Positions 62,228 to 64,000 of a DNA stretch of 64,000 nucleotides are shown here, in pieces. Both the position numbers and the translations under genes were made by a program. Positions within the stretch are counted from its first letter, which is position 1, and each line of letters starts with the position of its first letter. This stretch comes from Spongospora subterranea f. sp. subterranea (lineage: Eukaryota). The stretch is taken from the NCBI GenBank assembly GCA_049724395.1, contig JAUGWO010000011.1:1-64000 (forward strand). Reading direction: 5' to 3'. The notes under the pieces were generated by a model. It was not told the origin of the DNA, ran no database searches, and worked only from the letters and a program-made list of their open reading frames with translations.

Positions 62228-62730
62228 ATGGAACTCTTTCACAAGTCTACAACTCTAAAACAAAAACTGAAGACGACTGAGTCTAAATTGTCAGAAGTGA
62301 CGACGATACGTGACTTAGATGACAAATGGAGCCATACAGTTCCATAAACGCATTTTGATGAAGACCAACCATGCACTCTAGGGGACCTATCAACTTTTAT
62401 ACGACAGATTATGAAAGAATTCTTAATCTGTTTATCCTTTCCCATACGCCGCGTACAAGAGAAAATGATCTGATACTGGTACTTCCAGCTGTCGCGAAAC
62501 AAACCGCTCGTGTGTTTTACGACCCTGGTAAGGTTTGACGTCATTCTCCATAAAAAAGGATATCCTTTGTATTGTTGGTGTATTGTTGTTGTGGAAATCC
62601 TTCCCAGCAAACATCATTGCTGATTCGGCATTAAATCATGACGGTGTAACCGAATTGTATTTCTCGACGATATTCGATGAGGAAGAACCTATCTATTGTT
62701 CTTTCTTGGTCACGGATTGATTCAGGTAAT
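62228..62730 (+). CDS. Possible spliced gene of unknown function running into the tandem array
   Basis: Short open segments (MELFHKSTTLKQKLK..., GPINFYTTDYERILNLF...VFYDP) with donor-like gtaagg (~62528) and gtaatc (~62726); no homology recognised. Confidence 0.25.
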
Positions 62731-62870
62731 CTCCCCTACTGAATATCGCTCGTTAATCAACGGAAGAGTGATAAACCCGGAACACAATTGGTGTGATATG
62801 GTTATGCACCTGTCAACTGTTGCCCTCAACACAATTGGCGTGATATTCCCCATAATGGTTATACACCTGT

Positions 62871-64000
62871 CAACTGATCCCCTCTTCGTTATTCACAGCC
62901 CCACACTATAATACTGTAATGTAATGTAATTATCACCACTCTCCATCATAACTATACCGCCTCTCAACTGATCCCCTCTTCGTTATTCACAGCCCCACAC
63001 TATAATACTGTAATGTAATGTAATTATCACCACTCTCCATCATAACTATACCGCCTCTCAACTGATCCCCTCTTCGTTATTCACAGCCCCACCCTATAAT
63101 ACTGTAATGTAATGTAATTATCACCACTCTCCATCATAACTATACCGCCTCTCAACTGATCCCCTCTTCGTTATTCACAGCCCCACCCTATAATACTGTA
63201 ATGTAATGTAATTATCACCACTCTCCATCATAACTATACCGCCTCTCAACTGATCCCCTCTTCGTTATTCACAGCCCCACCCTATAATACTGTAATGTAA
63301 TGTAATTATCACCACTCTCCATCATAACTATACCGCCTCTCAACTGATCCCCTCTTTGTTATTCACAGCCCCACCCTATAATACTGTAATGTAATTATCA
63401 CCACTCTCCATCATAACTATACCGCCTCTCAACTGATCCCCTCTTCGTTATTCACAGCCCCACCCTATAATACTGTAATGTAATGTAATTATCACCACTC
63501 TCCATCATAACTATACCGCCTCTCAACTGATCCCCTCTTCGTTATTCACAGCCCCACCCTATAATACTGTAATGTAATGTAATTATCACCACTCTCCATC
63601 ATAACTATACCGCCTCTCAACTGATCCCCTCTTCGTTATTCACAGCCCCACCCTATAATACTGTAATGTAATGTAATTATCACCACTCTCCATCATAACT
63701 ATACCGCCTCTCAACTGATCCCCTCTTCGTTATTCACAGCCCCACCCTATAATACTGTAATGTAATGTAATTATCACCACTCTCCATCATAACTATACCG
63801 CCTCTCAACTGATCCCCTCTTTGTTATTCACAGCCCCACCCTATAATACTGTAATGTAATGTAATTATCACCACTCTCCACCACTCTCCATCATAACTAT
63901 ACCGCCTCTCAACTGATCCCCTCTTCGTTATTCACAGCCCCACCCTATAATACTGTAATGTAATGTAATTATCACCACTCTCCATCATAACTATACCGCC
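62871..64000. repeat. 94-bp tandem satellite/minisatellite, ~12 copies, runs off the window end
   Basis: Unit CAACTGATCCCCTCTTCGTTATTCACAGCCCCACCCTATAATACTGTAATGTAATGTAATTATCACCACTCTCCATCATAACTATACCGCCTCT; first starts at 62871 and 62965; few variants. Confidence 0.97.

Noticed and set aside
62871..64000. CRISPR array or telomeric repeat
   Set aside because: Units are contiguous with no unique spacers and there are no cas genes; the unit is 94 bp, and the + strand is G-poor toward the window end, opposite to a right telomere.

Overview
Eukaryotic window from a compact, intron-rich genome with short (~40-70 nt) spliceosomal introns and tightly packed genes; it is probably a protist, and a plasmodiophorid-like lineage is only a guess. 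Islands of housekeeping genes (tRNA-Pro, RAB3GAP1, CCA-adding enzyme, separase, a BEACH/WD40 protein, a GAT-domain protein, PUS10, a hemerythrin-like protein, LMBRD2-like, TMEM87-like, MTFP1, a coiled-coil/RING protein, THOC7, a calmodulin/myosin-light-chain-like protein) alternate with blocks of decayed transposons (copia, chromodomain gypsy, CRE-like LINE, Penelope-like, IS3EU-like and pogo-like DDE). The window ends in a 94-bp tandem array. Three observations stand out. (1) The separase gene can be spliced in frame to a ~560-aa disordered ORF carrying a D-box, KEN-like motifs and 9 CDK-site repeats; this is either a separase tail or a linked securin-like regulator. (2) At least 10 local inverted duplications occur, all in TE/intergenic blocks. 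(3) There are relics of an apparently endonuclease-less Penelope-like element. Exon boundaries were inferred by eye and gene spans include introns.
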